A DNA stretch of 64,000 nucleotides from Camelus ferus (lineage: Eukaryota). Each line of letters starts with the position of its first letter. Positions within the stretch are counted from its first letter, which is position 1. The notes under the pieces are model-generated. The model saw only the letters and a list, made by a program, of their open reading frames with translations. It ran no database searches and had not been told where the DNA came from. The translations under genes and the position numbers were made by a program. Positions 37,456-51,689 of the stretch are shown here, one piece after another. The stretch spans positions 52,082,001-52,146,000 of the forward strand of contig NC_045697.1 of NCBI RefSeq assembly GCF_009834535.1, written 5' to 3'.

Positions 37456-38183
37456 AGAGTCTCCAATATGGGCCTAAGGACACTTGGAGGTATGAAGGCA
37501 TAATTTTAGCAACCTTGGTTTTCTCTGAAAACTTTCAAATGTTTGAATTGCTGAGATAATCCAGAAATTAAAAGAAACATATTCTGAAGCAATTAGGTGA
37601 CCCACAGATTACTAAAGATTTCAATCCCTGGGTTTGCATTTGCTTTTATAGTTAAGGTAGTGGTGATTAACTTCTTTAATCTGCCCAGGCTGATAAGAAA
37701 AAAACAGAGGACTTTTACCACATTAAAGATATAACCCTACTCTATCTCCCAAGTGAAAGGTAACTGACCTCCACAGTAGTTAAAAATAGGAAATAGTGGA
37801 AGAACTGAGATATCACAAGGCATGTATTAGAAGAGGCATGAACTCAGCATGAACATGCTGAACTCAAGACATAATAGCAAACAGATTTAATTTCAGCAAA
37901 ACAGTGTCATGTATCATATCAAGTTTATATTATTAATTTGTCCTTTTTGGTTTTATAGACATTGTTTATATTTAATTTGTAAATTTGTTTTGATTTTATG
38001 GCTTTGTCAAATTTATAAAAGAATTTTAATTCTGTATTTGTTTCACACTTAAATAAATTACAACAAAAATAGTTCCTTGCTGTCTTCAGTAGGTCTTAAT
38101 TTAATAAGTGAATAAAATCAATTGTGCAGATTCATGAACACTTTAAAGAAGTTCATTCATTAGTCAAGCTTGAGAAACACCAT
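37456..38183. mobile_element. Possible old hAT-Charlie-type element
   Basis: TIR-like ends cagagtctccaa / cttgagaaacacc with an AT-rich interior. Confidence 0.35.
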
Positions 38184-38512
38184 TATAGGTGGATATCTTC
38201 TCATGCAGAATAGAGCATTTTAACCTTTATTTATTGCCATAAATATATGATGAAATTTCTTCTCTAAATACCATAGTGCATAAAAAAGTTAAGTTGTAGC
38301 ATTCAGCTATAAATTAATGTGTGACACTGACTTTGTGATAATCAAAACAGTATAGGAAGACTTGCCTTGACATTTATTTTGAGATTCTGTGCAGTTATGC
38401 TGAACTTGAGGGTAGCAGCATTCTGTGTGAAATTAAATTCAGTTCAAAACTATCGAATGCTTGCATGTGCTAGTCGGTGAAAATTCAACAATAAAAAGAT
38501 ACCCTCTAGGGG

Positions 38513-38555
38513 ATACACATGTTAAGAGGACACACATGTTAAGAGGACACACATG
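38513..38555. repeat. 17-bp tandem duplication
   Basis: acacatgttaagaggac x2, followed by acacatg. Confidence 0.9.
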
Positions 38556-38559
38556 GAAA

Positions 38560-38810
38560 CAGAAAATGCATGAAAATCTGCTGAGGAACATTAAGATCAG
38601 AGAAACCAGAAATGCTATGCTTAGGGTCTATGATGAAAGTAATCACAGGAAGGTCACGTACATGTGGCCCCTACTCAAACGTGATCCATCACCAAAGACT
38701 TCCCATGAAAGTTGACATCTGAATTGATTTCTGAAGCATACATGTAGTAATTAGTTAGACAAAGGCAGTTAGAATTGAATGCATGCTTTTAAAAGGACTC
38801 CTAAGCAAGG
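38560..38810 (-). mobile_element. L2 fragment
   Basis: aaatgctatg...agacttcccatgaaagttgacatctgaattgatttctgaagc. Confidence 0.45.
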
Positions 38811-38879
38811 AAGCAGTCTTCACAGAGGTTTACCATGAAGGTATTATGTACTTCCTAAATATACATATGGTTAGTAATT

Positions 38880-40040
38880 TTCCTAAATTTTGAAATATTT
38901 TCAACCTTTATAGCTTCTAATACTGCATTCCTTATTCTGTTTTCTCCTTCTGTGGGTTCTGTTTGATATTTGTTGGGTTTTCTCATTCTGTTTTCCCCGT
39001 TGCAAAACTTCTTTCATGTTTCCCATCATTCTACAGATCTGTGTGACGTTATGTGTAATTGCCTTAGTTCTATATCCCAAGGGACTAATTTGCTCCTTGG
39101 CTGTATTTACTTAATCTGCCCACTGTATGTGGATGCCTTTTTTTTTCCCATACATTTTTTTAATTTCTAAGAGTAGATTTGGTTCTTTATCAAAATAAGC
39201 TCTTTTCAAAACATAATATTCTTTCACCATGGTTTTCATGAGTATTTATCATTTTAAAATAATTATGTTTAAATTTATTACCACCTCTGCAAGATTGCTC
39301 TATTACTCTAGAGTCTTGCAAGAGAGGGGATTTTTTTTATGCTGCAAATACTATCTGTAATATTGGAGTAGTTTTCTATATTTCATTTGTACTTTTTTAA
39401 TTGCGAGTTTATTTCAGTGTAAAAATGTCTCTTTTCATGACAGTCCTCTTACCCCAAGTTGTGAGAAATATTCGTACAGGGTGATTTTGTGTTTGTTTTT
39501 ATGTAGATCACTGTGAAATTTCACTGTCAATTATACTGAGATTTTAATGTCTCCCTGGAGGTAAGAAAAATATGAAAGGTCACCCACAAAAGCATGAGAC
39601 ACATACAGACATCATATTCTTTTCATCCCAATACTGTATGTTGAAAGAAAAGCAGACAATGTCTTTAAATTTTGAGGGAAAGCTATCTTGAACATAAAAT
39701 TCTTCATATAAAAGCAAAATAAAAATATGACTCAAAATTTACTGCAAGTTTCACCCTCCTGAAGAATTTTCTTGCAAGTAGACTCCCATAAAACTGTAAA
39801 AAAAAAAAAAAGAAGAAGAAAATATGTAGGCAATAAGAAACAGTGGCATGAAACCAGGAATTCCCATGAGAAGAAAAATTTTACTAGGATAAGAGTTTCA
39901 TAGCAGTTATAGAAAGCTATATCCAAATTAGAACAGATGTTCAATGAGTTCCAGGAAAGCCTTCAAGCAAAAGGATGGGATATAGTTAAAGTAATAGTTG
40001 TCAATAGTAAAGAGATGGATGGTATTATAGATATAGAGAA
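38880..40040. mobile_element. Very old L1ME/HAL1-like fragments in both orientations
   Basis: T-rich antisense ORF1-like sequence to ~39550, then A-rich sense (gtctttaaattttgagggaaagctatcttgaacataaaattc). Confidence 0.4.
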
Positions 40041-40055
40041 AAAAACATTTCCTGT

Positions 40056-40698
40056 GGAGACAGGAGAGAAGTTGGCAGGGCACAACTACTGAAGGAGTGA
40101 CACAGAAATTGAGGGCAGGATAAACTTGTTAGAACCAACATGGCAGAAGTTTCGACATCCAGTAGATCTTGAGCCTCATGGTACACTTACAGGCACCATG
40201 ACAGTTCCTATGCTGACCATAATAGGTCCAAAAGTGGACAGGGGCCCAATTCCTGAAAAACCCTGCCCCTTCCCCAAAATAGTTGGAATAATCTTACTTG
40301 TTAGTATATGAAATTATTGAGCCCATAAAATCTAACAACCCTGCTCTCTCTCTTGCCTTCTGAGATGGCCTGCACTGTTTATGGAGTATGTGTCTCCTAA
40401 GCCACTCTCCCTTCTGAGCAAGATGTCCAGCACTCTGTCTATGGAGTGTGTATCTACTTTTACTTTAGAGCACCCAACCACCACACCTCGTGGCCTTTCT
40501 CTTGCCTTCTGAAACAGCCTGCACTCTGTCTGTGGAGCATGTATCTCTCTGAATAAATCTACCTTTACTCAACTGTGGCTCACTCTTGAATTCTTTCCTG
40601 TGGGAAGCTAAGGACCCACACTTGGTGGGGCAAATCCCAGGGACTCAACCAAGACCTGAGACACAGTCATCCTCTTGCCCCACTTTTTTCCTGCATCA
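40056..40698 (+). mobile_element. MER41-like ERV1 solo LTR
   Basis: aggcaccatgacagttcc, cccaattcctgaaaaaccctgccccttccccaaaatagttggaataatc, aataaa...ctcactcttgaattctttcctg; ends cctgcatca; TSD-like ctgt/gtgt. Confidence 0.8.
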
Positions 40699-40779
40699 GT
40701 GTCAAAAGAGAAAAAGCTGGTAAGAAATGCCAAGAAACAGAACTGAATAAAGTAAGGGGAACGGGGTGGGGGAAAGAAG

Positions 40780-41090
40780 GAAAGCACTTAGAAGTTACTG
40801 GAGAGGATAATGGCCTGAATTAGGATAGTGGCATATATACCAGGAAGAATGCAAAAAACTGAAGAGATGTCAAGGAGATGACATCAAAAGATCCTACTGA
40901 CCAATTGAACGTAGGGAAGATAGTAGAGTGATAGAAAAGGAGTTAAGGATTATGTCAAAGTTTCTGTTTTAAACAACTAGAGAGGATAATTTCATTCACT
41001 GAGATAAAGAATATAAAAAGAACACTGAGGGAGAAAATATATAGCTGAGATTTGTTGGCATATAAGTGGTCATTGGAGCCACTTGGCAGC
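40780..41090 (-). mobile_element. L2 fragment
   Basis: ataatggcctgaattaggatagtggca...gagttaaggattatgtcaaagtttctg...cattcactgagata. Confidence 0.75.
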
Positions 41091-42019
41091 CATGGTAGTC
41101 ACCTTTTATTGGTCCTGTCATTCATTGCTCAAATCAAAAATAATTAACAGTCCACAAAATAAATCGGGGCAGTGAGTAGAAAAGTCACATGCATCTGAGA
41201 TTTTACAACGAGTGATCAGCATTCTGTATTTTGTTCCAAAGATGAGAATAAGTTGGTATGTGTGTTAATTTTTCTTCTCTGAGAATTTAAAAAATATATT
41301 TCCTCTTTTGTCATGGGGGCTGGAAGAACTAAAATGAATGTTCAAATATAACATTTATGGTTATTCTAATATCCTACACCTATATGACAGGCTACTTTTA
41401 TACTTTTTTTTTTTTTAAAAAACTCAGTGGTAAGTTATATAAGAAATTGGGCTATATGTAACAAATTTAAACTGTGGGTAGGAAAAGAATCCATAAAAGA
41501 GTCAATTACTCTAATATGCAAATATTTGTTCCTTCAGAAAATAAATTGCTCTTCTTTCTAAAGCAACAATTCACATTCTGACAAAATAAAGCATCTCTTT
41601 CTTCTTAGTGCATTATTATGAAATGTCACTCAAAATACTGTCATGAAGAGCTGGAGACAAAAATAGGAAATGAAAATCTTCTTTGGATCTTTCTCAAGCT
41701 TTTAAGGGATTAGCTTATTGACTCCTGCAGGATCCTGTTAGGAGTTTTGGCTGGTTCTCCCAGATGTGTATACAAACATGGTTTTGGTAACTTCCTGGCA
41801 CAACCTGACAATACTGGCTCCTTCTCTTGTCATGTTCAGGTATAAAAGTAGACATGCCTGAAAACTGCCGTGTGAATGGGAATTTTCCATCTATGCAAGG
41901 GCATTACTGGATATCTTTCTAAACTAGAAGAAGAAAGATCAACTCCACAATATTTTCTATTCACAGACTACTTTATTTTTAAACTGATCCATTCAATTAT
42001 CTACTTAAACAGTAGGACC

Positions 42020-42200
42020 TATGTGTCTACAGCAGGAGCCCTGAGATCAGAAAGTACTGATTTGAATCCTAGTTTGGCCACTTGCTGGCTGTGAAATTCA
42101 AGGTAATTATCTTGAGCTCTCTGAGCACAAGGTTCACCACCCATAAAATACAAGGTAGCTACTACAGCATTCCTGGCATAACCTGAATTAACTCTCAAGC
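42020..42200 (+). mobile_element. MIR SINE
   Basis: gatttgaatcctagtttggccacttgctggctgtgaaattcaaggtaattatcttgagctctctgagc. Confidence 0.75.
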
Positions 42201-42696
42201 TCAACTTTTATTCCAGAATCGGTGCCAGATAGATTAATGAGTACAATTTTTTTGTTTGTTTATGTATTTTTTTTGTCTTTACCTTGGTAATGTCTGGTAC
42301 ATTTATTTATTCACTTGTAAATTACTCTCCATTGCCCTCCTCTACCTTCCTGCCTCTATCAGAAGTATATTTTATTAAAATTAAATTTGTTCCTCCTTTA
42401 ATGGACTCAGCTTTGAGGTTAAATGATTTTAAATGGACCACCCCAAATCACACATAATCATATTCTTATGGCTTCACTTCTGGAATGAGCTTAGGAAACT
42501 TATGTGGGAAGAATCTAATATTTTGGACTTAGTTTGTCAGGGTTTAATAGCCAATAAGATTAATTTTCCTGTTTGGCTTGCACAGTGGCTCTAAATTCAA
42601 TTCAAAGAACATCAAGCACATTATGAGCAACTGAGTAAGTGCTATAAAGTGTGTAAGAGTTCATGGTGAGTACATTATATAATATTTATGAGATCT

Positions 42697-42716
42697 GTGT
42701 GTGTGTGTGTGTGTGT
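42697..42716. repeat. (TG)n microsatellite
   Basis: Perfect TG run. Confidence 0.95.
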
Positions 42717-42799
42717 GGTATTTATAAAGCCTCAGTGCTTCATAATAGAAGAAATTTGCATGACACTTAAAATATATATATATATGTATATCTGTACCT

Positions 42800-43150
42800 A
42801 TCTATGCCTCACAGCAATCCTATACAGTTTTATCATAAGTAAAATTAGGAAATACAGAAGTTCAGGGAGTTCAATTTTTCAACACATATGTGGAGAAGTC
42901 AGGGCCTAACCTGGATGCCCTGACTAGGCATTCTAATTCCAATTCCCATGCTGTTTCTACCTAATATAATTTGTGAACTGCTTTCAACTCATGTCATTTC
43001 TAACTATAAAATTTATACTATTATTTTGATCCTAAGGTTAAGAAGAACATAGGGCTCAAATAAGCTCAACTATTTACCAAAGTCACACATTTACTTCCCA
43101 AGGAGAAGCTAGACTGAAGCTCAGGTTTTCCAAATGTACTTACAGAGCTT
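42800..43150 (-). mobile_element. Two MIR fragments
   Basis: cctcacagcaatccta...; aactatttaccaaagtcacaca...gctagactgaagctcaggttttc. Confidence 0.45.
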
Positions 43151-46100
43151 GTTCTCCTTGAGATAAATACAAGTTGGGTTTTTTTTGTTTGTTTGTTTGT
43201 TTGTTTTTTTGCAATTGTTCTGAAAAAGAAAGAAAGATACCTTAGCTTATGTGACTATCCTCAAGAAGGTCAAGGAAATTTCATACATCAGTTGGGATTC
43301 AAATTGAATATGGCCCCAGGATATTTATGTCTTTCAGTTCTAAACTGCCAACAAATTGACCATTTTTTGCTGTAGCTTCACTTTAATTTTATGAGCTGAA
43401 CTGAGATAGCCAAAAATCTTACAAAACATTCTGGGAATAAAAAAACCTCTGAACACAAGCAAAAAAAGTTTTAAAAACACAAAAATCAAAATACAAAAAA
43501 GAAATCAGCACAAATCCTAAAACAAAAAGAGACCTCTGTTTTTCTTATATTCTTATAGATCTCTGTACTTTACTGTGGATTTACTACCACATTAAGGGCT
43601 TTTAAAAGTCAGCAAAACAATTTACTGCTTAGGTTACTGGTTACATGGAAATTCGACTCCGGGAGCTTATGCATAAATTTTTTCTTGATGTTTGCCCTGT
43701 GTTTTGTTTTGTTTTGTTTTGTTTTGAATGGAAGAAGCAAATACTTAGGGAAGCTATTCTTGACTCTTCAAGTCTGTTTTTAATCATCTGTATTTTTAAC
43801 ACTGAAATGCCTTTTCCTAAAGCATTTTAGTTACCAACTGAATGGGATAACCTTACATACAGAATAAACTCCATCTAGTTCTCTCATTCTCAGGAGCTAC
43901 ACTTAACTGCGTAGGATGTTCTAACACCCTTGTGTATAACATGGGAAAGTTTCGTCAAAATTTCAGTATTGAAACAAATGGTCAAAAGACCCACATTTCC
44001 TTCTCACTTCCCTTCCCTTTTCTCTTCTCTTAAAAAAAAAAAAAGTCTCAGCCTTGCAAACCACAGTGGATTTGTAGGTGACAGGCATACAGGTGACTAG
44101 TATGTCCACATACACTTCCAACATCCAGTCAAGCAGTAGAACAACTATTAAGCTCAATAAAATTAAAACTCAGTTTAATAAGCTATATATAGTGCAAAAT
44201 AGCAACTGATCTGGAGACAGAAAACCAGGAGTCTAGCTCTGGCTTTGAATCTCCCTCTCTGTGTCTCTCTTAGCCCTGTTCCCTCATTATGACAGGCTAA
44301 GGGGTCCATTCCTTTTAGTTGAATACTGTATGTCTTTTTCGCTGTATTGGTTGTTGAAATATGACCCAACACCAGTATTTTCTCTGATTAATTCTGTTTA
44401 TTGCTAAATTATATCTAAAAAAAATGTGGGTTTACAAATACAATGCCTGAATATAGTTATGTTTATTTAGCTTCCTTTACAAAACTATTGTTTTCCTTTT
44501 CGTTTGTTTTTAGGATTTGTGTGTCATTGGAAAAGCTGCTAAATTCAGTTTCTTATGGCAGATTCTATTACAACTTACTGCATCTGACATTACATCCTGT
44601 TAAACATGATTACAAGTTGGAAGGTGCACTTTAGAAACTAAATAGGATGTAATTAGAAGTTTTCGTTTGTCGATTATACTGAAGCTGGGAAGAGTTAAGA
44701 GTGGAATCGGGAGTTTATGTTACCACAAATGGGAAAAGCATCTCAAAATATCCTTGTCAAGATACCCTTATAAATGCAGGACTGAATCTATAAATTCATT
44801 CTTTTTCAAGGCAGAGAGAAACATAAGCGGAGGCAAAAAGAGTTCAATGGTGAGTGGAAATTGACACTCCCTTGACCAGACTCTGTTGGACAAATATACT
44901 TGGTTGACTTAAAACATAGGGAGATTTTGTCACAGATACGTGCAGTAAGCAGGGATCTTCTTGTCACTGAAACTTTCATGCTTTCTGAAGGTAAGCACTT
45001 TCCTTCTGATTGAGAATATCAAAGTTTTATAGAAAATGTCACTACAAAGGGGATAGCTATGAAGAATGCTCCACAACAACAGGCAGGCTAATTTTTATGG
45101 ACAAAGAACCCCATTCCATCAGGTAGAGGAATAATGGATGATAATCAAGGTAGATTTAGGTACAGAGAACAGAGATAATGATACAGCTACTTGAAGTGCC
45201 TTGCCTGGGCCTTTGCCAAATCTAAGAGACAAGTCACTGGTTCTGATGTTTAGCTTTTAAATTCTGGCTTGTTTTCTGCTTCAGAGAAGACTTTTTTCTG
45301 TGTTTTATCCAGATAAATCGAGGATAAAAAGAACAATTAATGAGTGAATCAGACTGTGAGTAATCTGGGCAGGAGAAATGAGCAAGAACAAATCTGCCTT
45401 TAATGTAGGTCCATGGCCAAAAATTCTAACAGAGGCAAATTCAGAAATGTGATTCGAAGACCTTACAATTAGCTATGAGGTTGACAGTTGCACAGGCAGA
45501 GGACTCATGTGTTCAGACAGTTTTAACAGAGAGAATAACAGATTATGATAACCTGCCTTTCCTCAGATCGCCAGAACTTCATATTCTAACTTGCATGAAT
45601 TCAATCATTTATGCTTTCAAATGAGGATCAAAATTATCCGATCCACTTACCAAGAAAACTCAGCCAACACATTTATGGATGAAAGCATTTGCTAGCCATA
45701 TATTCATGAAGGGAATTTATAAAAAAAAAATGTAGGGAGTTATTTATCTCTCTTATTCAAAGCTCGTAAAAAGATTTTTCCCTTTATTTCCTGATACTAT
45801 GAAACTTTATGATCATGGCAATAGTATGCAAAATGACTTCTTCTGTCTAAAGAGAAGTGTAATATTTTAAAATAGACAAAACTACATGCTAACATCTAAA
45901 GCAAATAATCAAGGTAAGATGGTTGCTGTATTTAATGTTCTCCAATCTAAGAGCAGACACAGATCAATCACATGATCTAGATGGGTATTTGAGAGGAGGT
46001 TTACCAAAGGAATGGGAAAATACTAGAGAAATAAGCATAGGGGAAGATGTATCTTGATTACTTTGGACCAGATGTAAAAGATGCAGTGATGTGAACAGCA

Positions 46101-46284
46101 TGGGTCAGGGCTCAGTCACAGACAATTGTGATTTGTCCCTGTGTCATGTAGGCCCCACCCTTTCCAGTTATTCTGACGATGGCATCAAAAGGAAAGCCCT
46201 CTGCTATTTCAAAGAGAATAGGTATCTCCTTTATTGAGACAATTAGTACAGTCGAATTTATAATTATTTAAAAATGTAGTTGTC

Positions 46285-47360
46285 TGTTTCACTTAGTGGT
46301 GCTCGAATAATTGGATATCCCTAGGCAAAAAAATAAACTTTTATATAAATGTTACAATTTACAGAATAATTACCTCAAAACGAACATAGACTTAAATGTA
46401 AAATGTTAACTATAAATCTTTAATGAAAAAACACAAGAGAAAATCTTCAGGATCTAGTGTAAGGCAAAGAGGTCTTAGTTTTGACACCAAAAGGACAATT
46501 CATAAAAGGAAAAACTAATAAATTAACCTCATCAAAATTTAGAACTTGCACTCTGTGAAAGATCACAGGAAGATGATGAAAAAGAACCACAGGCAGGGAG
46601 AAAATATTTACAAACCACATATCTGGCAAAGGATTAGTACCTAAAATATTAAAACTCTCAAAATTCAACATTAAAAAATAGTCGAATTAGAAAATTGGTA
46701 AAAGACATGGACATTTCACTAGAGAGGGTATACAGAAAGCAAATAAGCTTATCAAAAGATGTTCCATATCATTAACCAAGGGGAAAATGCAAAAATAAAA
46801 CCACAGGGAGATATTTCTATATATGTATCAAGATCTTTATTGTGATGGATTAATGTTTGTGTTTGCCCCAAAATTCACATGTTGAAGCCTAATCCTGATG
46901 TGACAGTGTTTGGAGGTGGGGCTTTTAGGAGGTAATTATGTTTGGATAGGATCATGGAGGTGAAGTCCCCATGATGGGTGGGACTGGTGTCCTTCTAAGG
47001 GGATAAGGAGCCCAACAGTTCCCTCTCTGTGCCAAGTGAGGAAGAAGCAGAAGATGGCCATGTATAAACTAAGAGGCAGGCTCTCACCAGACACTTAATT
47101 CGCCAACACCTTGATCTTGGGCTTGCCAGCCCCCAAAAGTGTGAAAAATGTTTCTTCTTTAAACCATTCAGTCTAGAGTATTTTTGTTATACAGCCCAAA
47201 TTGACAAAGACACTTTTGATATTAGAATTGTTCAGTATCTTAGCTAAACCTACACAGGAGATAAAATGGAACTTAATACACACATACAGAAATGACTATA
47301 GTTTCTTCAAACTGCATGTCAGCCTACAATTACCTCAATAAAACTTTCAGTTACAAAAAT
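46285..47360 (+). mobile_element. L1 (L1MC-like) fragment interrupted by MLT1A
   Basis: aaatatttacaaaccacatatctggcaaaggattagtacc; 3'UTR-like remnant after the LTR. Confidence 0.8.
46841..47212 (+). mobile_element. MLT1A-type MaLR solo LTR
   Basis: tgtgatggattaatgtttgtg...aattcacatgttgaagcc...caccttgatcttgggcttgccagcc...gacaaagaca. Confidence 0.9.
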
Positions 47361-47361
47361 G

Positions 47362-47580
47362 TAGTAACGATTAAGAGAATGCATTGGAGTCAGATCACTG
47401 GATATAAATCTTGGTTCTAACTTTCACTACCTGTTACCTTGATCTTCAATTTCTTCCTTTGTAAATTGGTCGGTAATGATACTACCAACTTCATGAGGCT
47501 GTTAGAATTAAATGAGATACTTAACACAAAAAAACCTAGCATATTAAATGTTGCATAATGAGCACTAAATAAAAAGCTCT
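47362..47580 (+). mobile_element. MIR SINE
   Basis: ggagtcagatcactggatataaatcttggttc...tgtaaattgg...gttagaattaaatgagata. Confidence 0.75.
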
Positions 47581-47589
47581 AATATTCAA

Positions 47590-47650
47590 TATAATTATTT
47601 TTCATTATTATAAATTATTTTTCATTATTACTATTATTATAATTATAATA
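47590..47650. repeat. AT-rich tandem duplication
   Basis: aattatttttcattatta x2 plus TAT repeats. Confidence 0.8.
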
Positions 47651-48957
47651 ACTTAAAGTATTCTTTGAGGTACAAAGATAGGAATAGTCTAATCTTGGAA
47701 TCAAATTTGACGCCATGTCCACTTTCTGACTGCAGCTCTTTTCAGAGTGTAACACTATGATTATTAAGGGTCTTACTGGATAGAATTCCCACCTGCTGGT
47801 CTACATAATGTCTTCCTCCCAGCACTTTGCTTCAGAATCAGTCTCTGGAGATGTTCTGAGAAACTTCATAGCAAACAGACTAGAAAATCAACATCAGCCC
47901 CCAGCCCAAATCCCTTAAAACAACTAATTATTCCTTCACTTTAAATGATCTATCTATCAGGCCCTCCAGCTTTCCACAACTGCAGAATTTAATAATGAGT
48001 TAAGGAGTAAATCTTCTTTTTTTTTTTTTTTTTTACTGACACTAATTTATCAATTATTTTATTGATAATTTACCTTCAAAGCATATTTTTTCTATCTAGA
48101 TACATTTCTAAAAGCCTTGTAAATCATTTTTCATCTACTTGATTCCTATAAAGCATCAGTGTTAAAAGGGTTTCTCAATAAATTAAATTGTGGGAAAAAC
48201 TCATTTCTCCTTCATGATTTCATTTATATGTCATACATATTTCTGAAGATAATGATATATAAAAAATAATATTTTATAGCTATGGAAAGTAAAAAACAGG
48301 ACTTGATTTACTTAAATATTATGTTTGGAATTTAATGAGGGAGTATTCTTTTTATTGTCCAAAAAACCCCAAAACTTTTGCTGTTCAACAAAATTTAGTA
48401 TTGAAAATTTAAGTGGAAAAGTGAAAACCACCATTACAGGGACATCAATACCAATCAAGTATGGCAACACACCAGCCTTCCTAGAACATAGATTATGGAG
48501 GGACCACTCTGAAAACTGAGAAATCTTTTTCATTGCCACAATGTCAATAAATATTCTGACATCTTGGTAAAAGAAGAAGAAATCTGAAAGATTCAGAATT
48601 TACTCAAAAATGGCAAAAGTACCTAAAAGATAATGTTTAAAAATGAAAATTTAAATCAGCAGACAAAATATCCCAATTGGAAAATTTTAAGTAGTATTCT
48701 CTTCTCTTACCCTCACTCCCATTTATTTTACTTAGTCCCAATACTTGAGAAAGGAAATGAAGTTAAACCAACAAATAGGTGGTGAATAGGACCTCACACA
48801 AAAGATTTGATCGAGGGAATTAGATTTTCTTCATACATCATTGCTCATCCAAAATATTGTGTACAAAATTGACCTTAATGCCAAAGGAAATGAAAAATTT
48901 CCAAGAACTCACTCAGTCTGTGAAAATACAGAAAATATCTAATTGCAACGGCAATAT

Positions 48958-50568
48958 TATAAAATCAACATACAGAAAATGGTTGTGTTTCTATACACTA
49001 ACAATGAAACATTTGTAAAACAAAGAAAACTATTCCATTCACAATAGCATTAGAAACAACAGAATACTTAGGAACAAATTTTACCAAGGAAGGGAATGAT
49101 CTGTACAACAAAAACTATGAGATTTTGCTTAAAGAAATTGAAGAAGACACAAATGGAAAGATACTCCATGTTCATGGAATAATTAATATTGTTAAAATGT
49201 CCAGATTACTCAAAACCATCTATAGATTCAGTGCAACCCCTACCAAATTTCCAATGACATTTTTCACAGAAATTGAAAAAAAAATCCTAAAATTTGTGTG
49301 AAAACACAAAACATCTTGAATAGCCAAAGCAATATAGAGAAATAATGAAGCCAAAGGTACCACACTTCCTGATTTCAAACTATACTATGAAACTACAGTG
49401 ATCAAAACAGTATTTTATAAACATAACAGACACAAAGATCAATGGAATAGAATGGAGAACCTAGAAACAAATCCCCACATACATGGACAACTAATATTTG
49501 ACAAGGAAGCCAAGACTACTCAAAGGGAAAAGGATAGTCTCTTTAATAAATGGTGTTGTGAAAGTGGGATGACCACATGCAGAAAAATTAAACTGCACTC
49601 CTATTTCATACCACTCACAAAAATTAGCTCAAAATGAGTTAAAGACTTAAACATGAGATCTGAAACAATAAAACTCATAGAAAAAAAAAAAAAAGGGAAA
49701 AAGCTCCTTGACACTGGTCTTGGCAATGATTTTTCTGGATGTGACACCAAAAGCACAAGCAACAAAAGCAAAAAGCAATAAATGGGACTACCTTAAACTA
49801 AATAACTTCCTGAACAGCAAAAAAACAAACAAAAAAACAAAAAAACCCCAAGAAAACAAGAAAGGAAGAAAGAGAGAAACATTGAAAGAGAGAAAGAAAG
49901 AGAGAAAAGGCAACCAATTGAATGGAAGAAAATACTTGCAAACCACATATCTGATAAGAGTTAATATCCAAAATATGTGAAGAACTCATACAACTCAATG
50001 ACAAAAACAATACAATTAAAAAGTGGGCAGAGAAACTGAATAGACATTTTTCCAAAGAAGTGATACAGATGACCAGCAGGTACATTAAAAGGTTTTTAAC
50101 ATCAGGAATCATCAGGGAAATGCAAATCAAAACCACAATGATATACCTGTTAGAATGACTATCAAAAAGACAATAGATAACAAGTGTTGACAAGGATGGG
50201 GAGAAGAGAGGATCCTTGTACACTGTCGGTGGGAATGTAAACTGTTGCAGCCTTTATGGAAAACAGTATGGAGAGTCCTCAAAAAATTAAAAATAGAAGT
50301 TACGGTATAATTCAGCAATCCGACTTCTGGGCATATGGCCAAAGGAAATATAAACAATATTCAAATGATAACAGTACTCTCATGTTCACTGCAGCATTAT
50401 TCACAGCAGCCAAGAAATGAAAACCACCTAAGTGTCCATCAGTGGATAAACGGATAAAAATGTAATATATATACACACATACACATACATATGCGCGCAC
50501 ACACACACACCCCTAGATCATTACTGAGCCTAAGAAAGAAGGAAATTCTGCCATTTGCAACAACACAT
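48958..50568 (+). mobile_element. L1 ORF2 C-terminal fragment
   Basis: ORF 49398-49637 (IKTVFYKHNRHKDQWNRMENLETNPHIHGQLIFDKEAK) is L1 ORF2. Confidence 0.95.
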
Positions 50569-51689
50569 TTAGAAATTATTTATACACTTTCATTAACAAT
50601 GATACGTTAGAGGAATCATTTATAATAATGCCATATAAATAAATATATTCAGAACGGTCAATACAATTATGGGATTTTCCATATTTCCTAGCCAGTATTA
50701 TATTCAGTCAGTCTCATACTGTTACTGCGACAAGAGTTTCAAAATAGCTACATTCTGAAGGCAATAGGGTTGTATATGGCCCAGATTACTTCAGGTCACA
50801 CAGAGTATCTGACCTGCTTCTTCAAAGTTTACAACTGGGAAGGAATTAGCCAACTGAGAGGAATATAGTTGGTAATTAGAGGAAAATTTATTATCCTCGC
50901 CAATTGCACTGAGAAGAGAAATCACCAATCACGGTAAGGGAATATTATCTAAGCAGCTGTGAAATATCATCAACTCACCAGAGAATGTGCCAGCATTACT
51001 TCTTTCATGAGTAATAAATGTAAAATCTAGGGAGACGTTCTGTGCTTGGGTGAGTAACATGCTTACAGAAAGAAGTTGGCACAAACATATTCATTTGTTA
51101 AATGGTTATAATTTTGTTTCTTCAAAATTATATTAATTCTACTGCAAGCTATGGTTTGGTGAGATAGTTTCTCTCCTTGAAGATCTCCCTCATTCCTTTT
51201 TAACTGTAGAGCATTCTAGTTTTAATTGGATTCATCTTTTTTATACTTATATGTAATATTCTATGGATTTGGCTGACATACTAATAAGTAAAATAGAAAA
51301 AACCTTGGACTTTATGGGGTTTTAAATTTTTAATACACTCAAAACTGTCATACTTTCATTATAAGGTTTATGAGTTGGATATTCTATCTATAAGAACCTT
51401 CTCTGACATGTTCATAAAAATTTATACTGCTGTTTTCTTCCAGTACTTGATGTCTTTAATTTTGACTTAATCCTTTTTTTCCCCATCTGAACCTTCTTTT
51501 GGTGAAATCGTTTTATTGGCTTTCTTCTCTAAGCCACTTGCAAATGACACTAAGTTTTCCATTTCAAAACCTCTATCATATTCAGAGTATTTTCTTGAAG
51601 CTAAGGATTGGGAAATGGCCAAATATGCTGGAACCCAGAACTACTGGCAGAAGCAACACTAATATTTACTATGTTAGACCAATTCAACC

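Noticed and set aside
40348..40548. Spaced direct repeats superficially like a CRISPR array
   Set aside because: Degenerate internal LTR repeats in a mammalian genome; no unique spacers or cas genes.
41790..41890. ETS-, TATA- and NF-kB-like motifs close together (also scattered octamer and GAS motifs elsewhere)
   Set aside because: Short motifs are expected by chance in 64 kb; no CpG island or other promoter evidence.
44817..45360. Three short plus-strand AG/GT-bounded segments
   Set aside because: They do not form a continuous open frame; such motifs arise by chance in AT-rich DNA.
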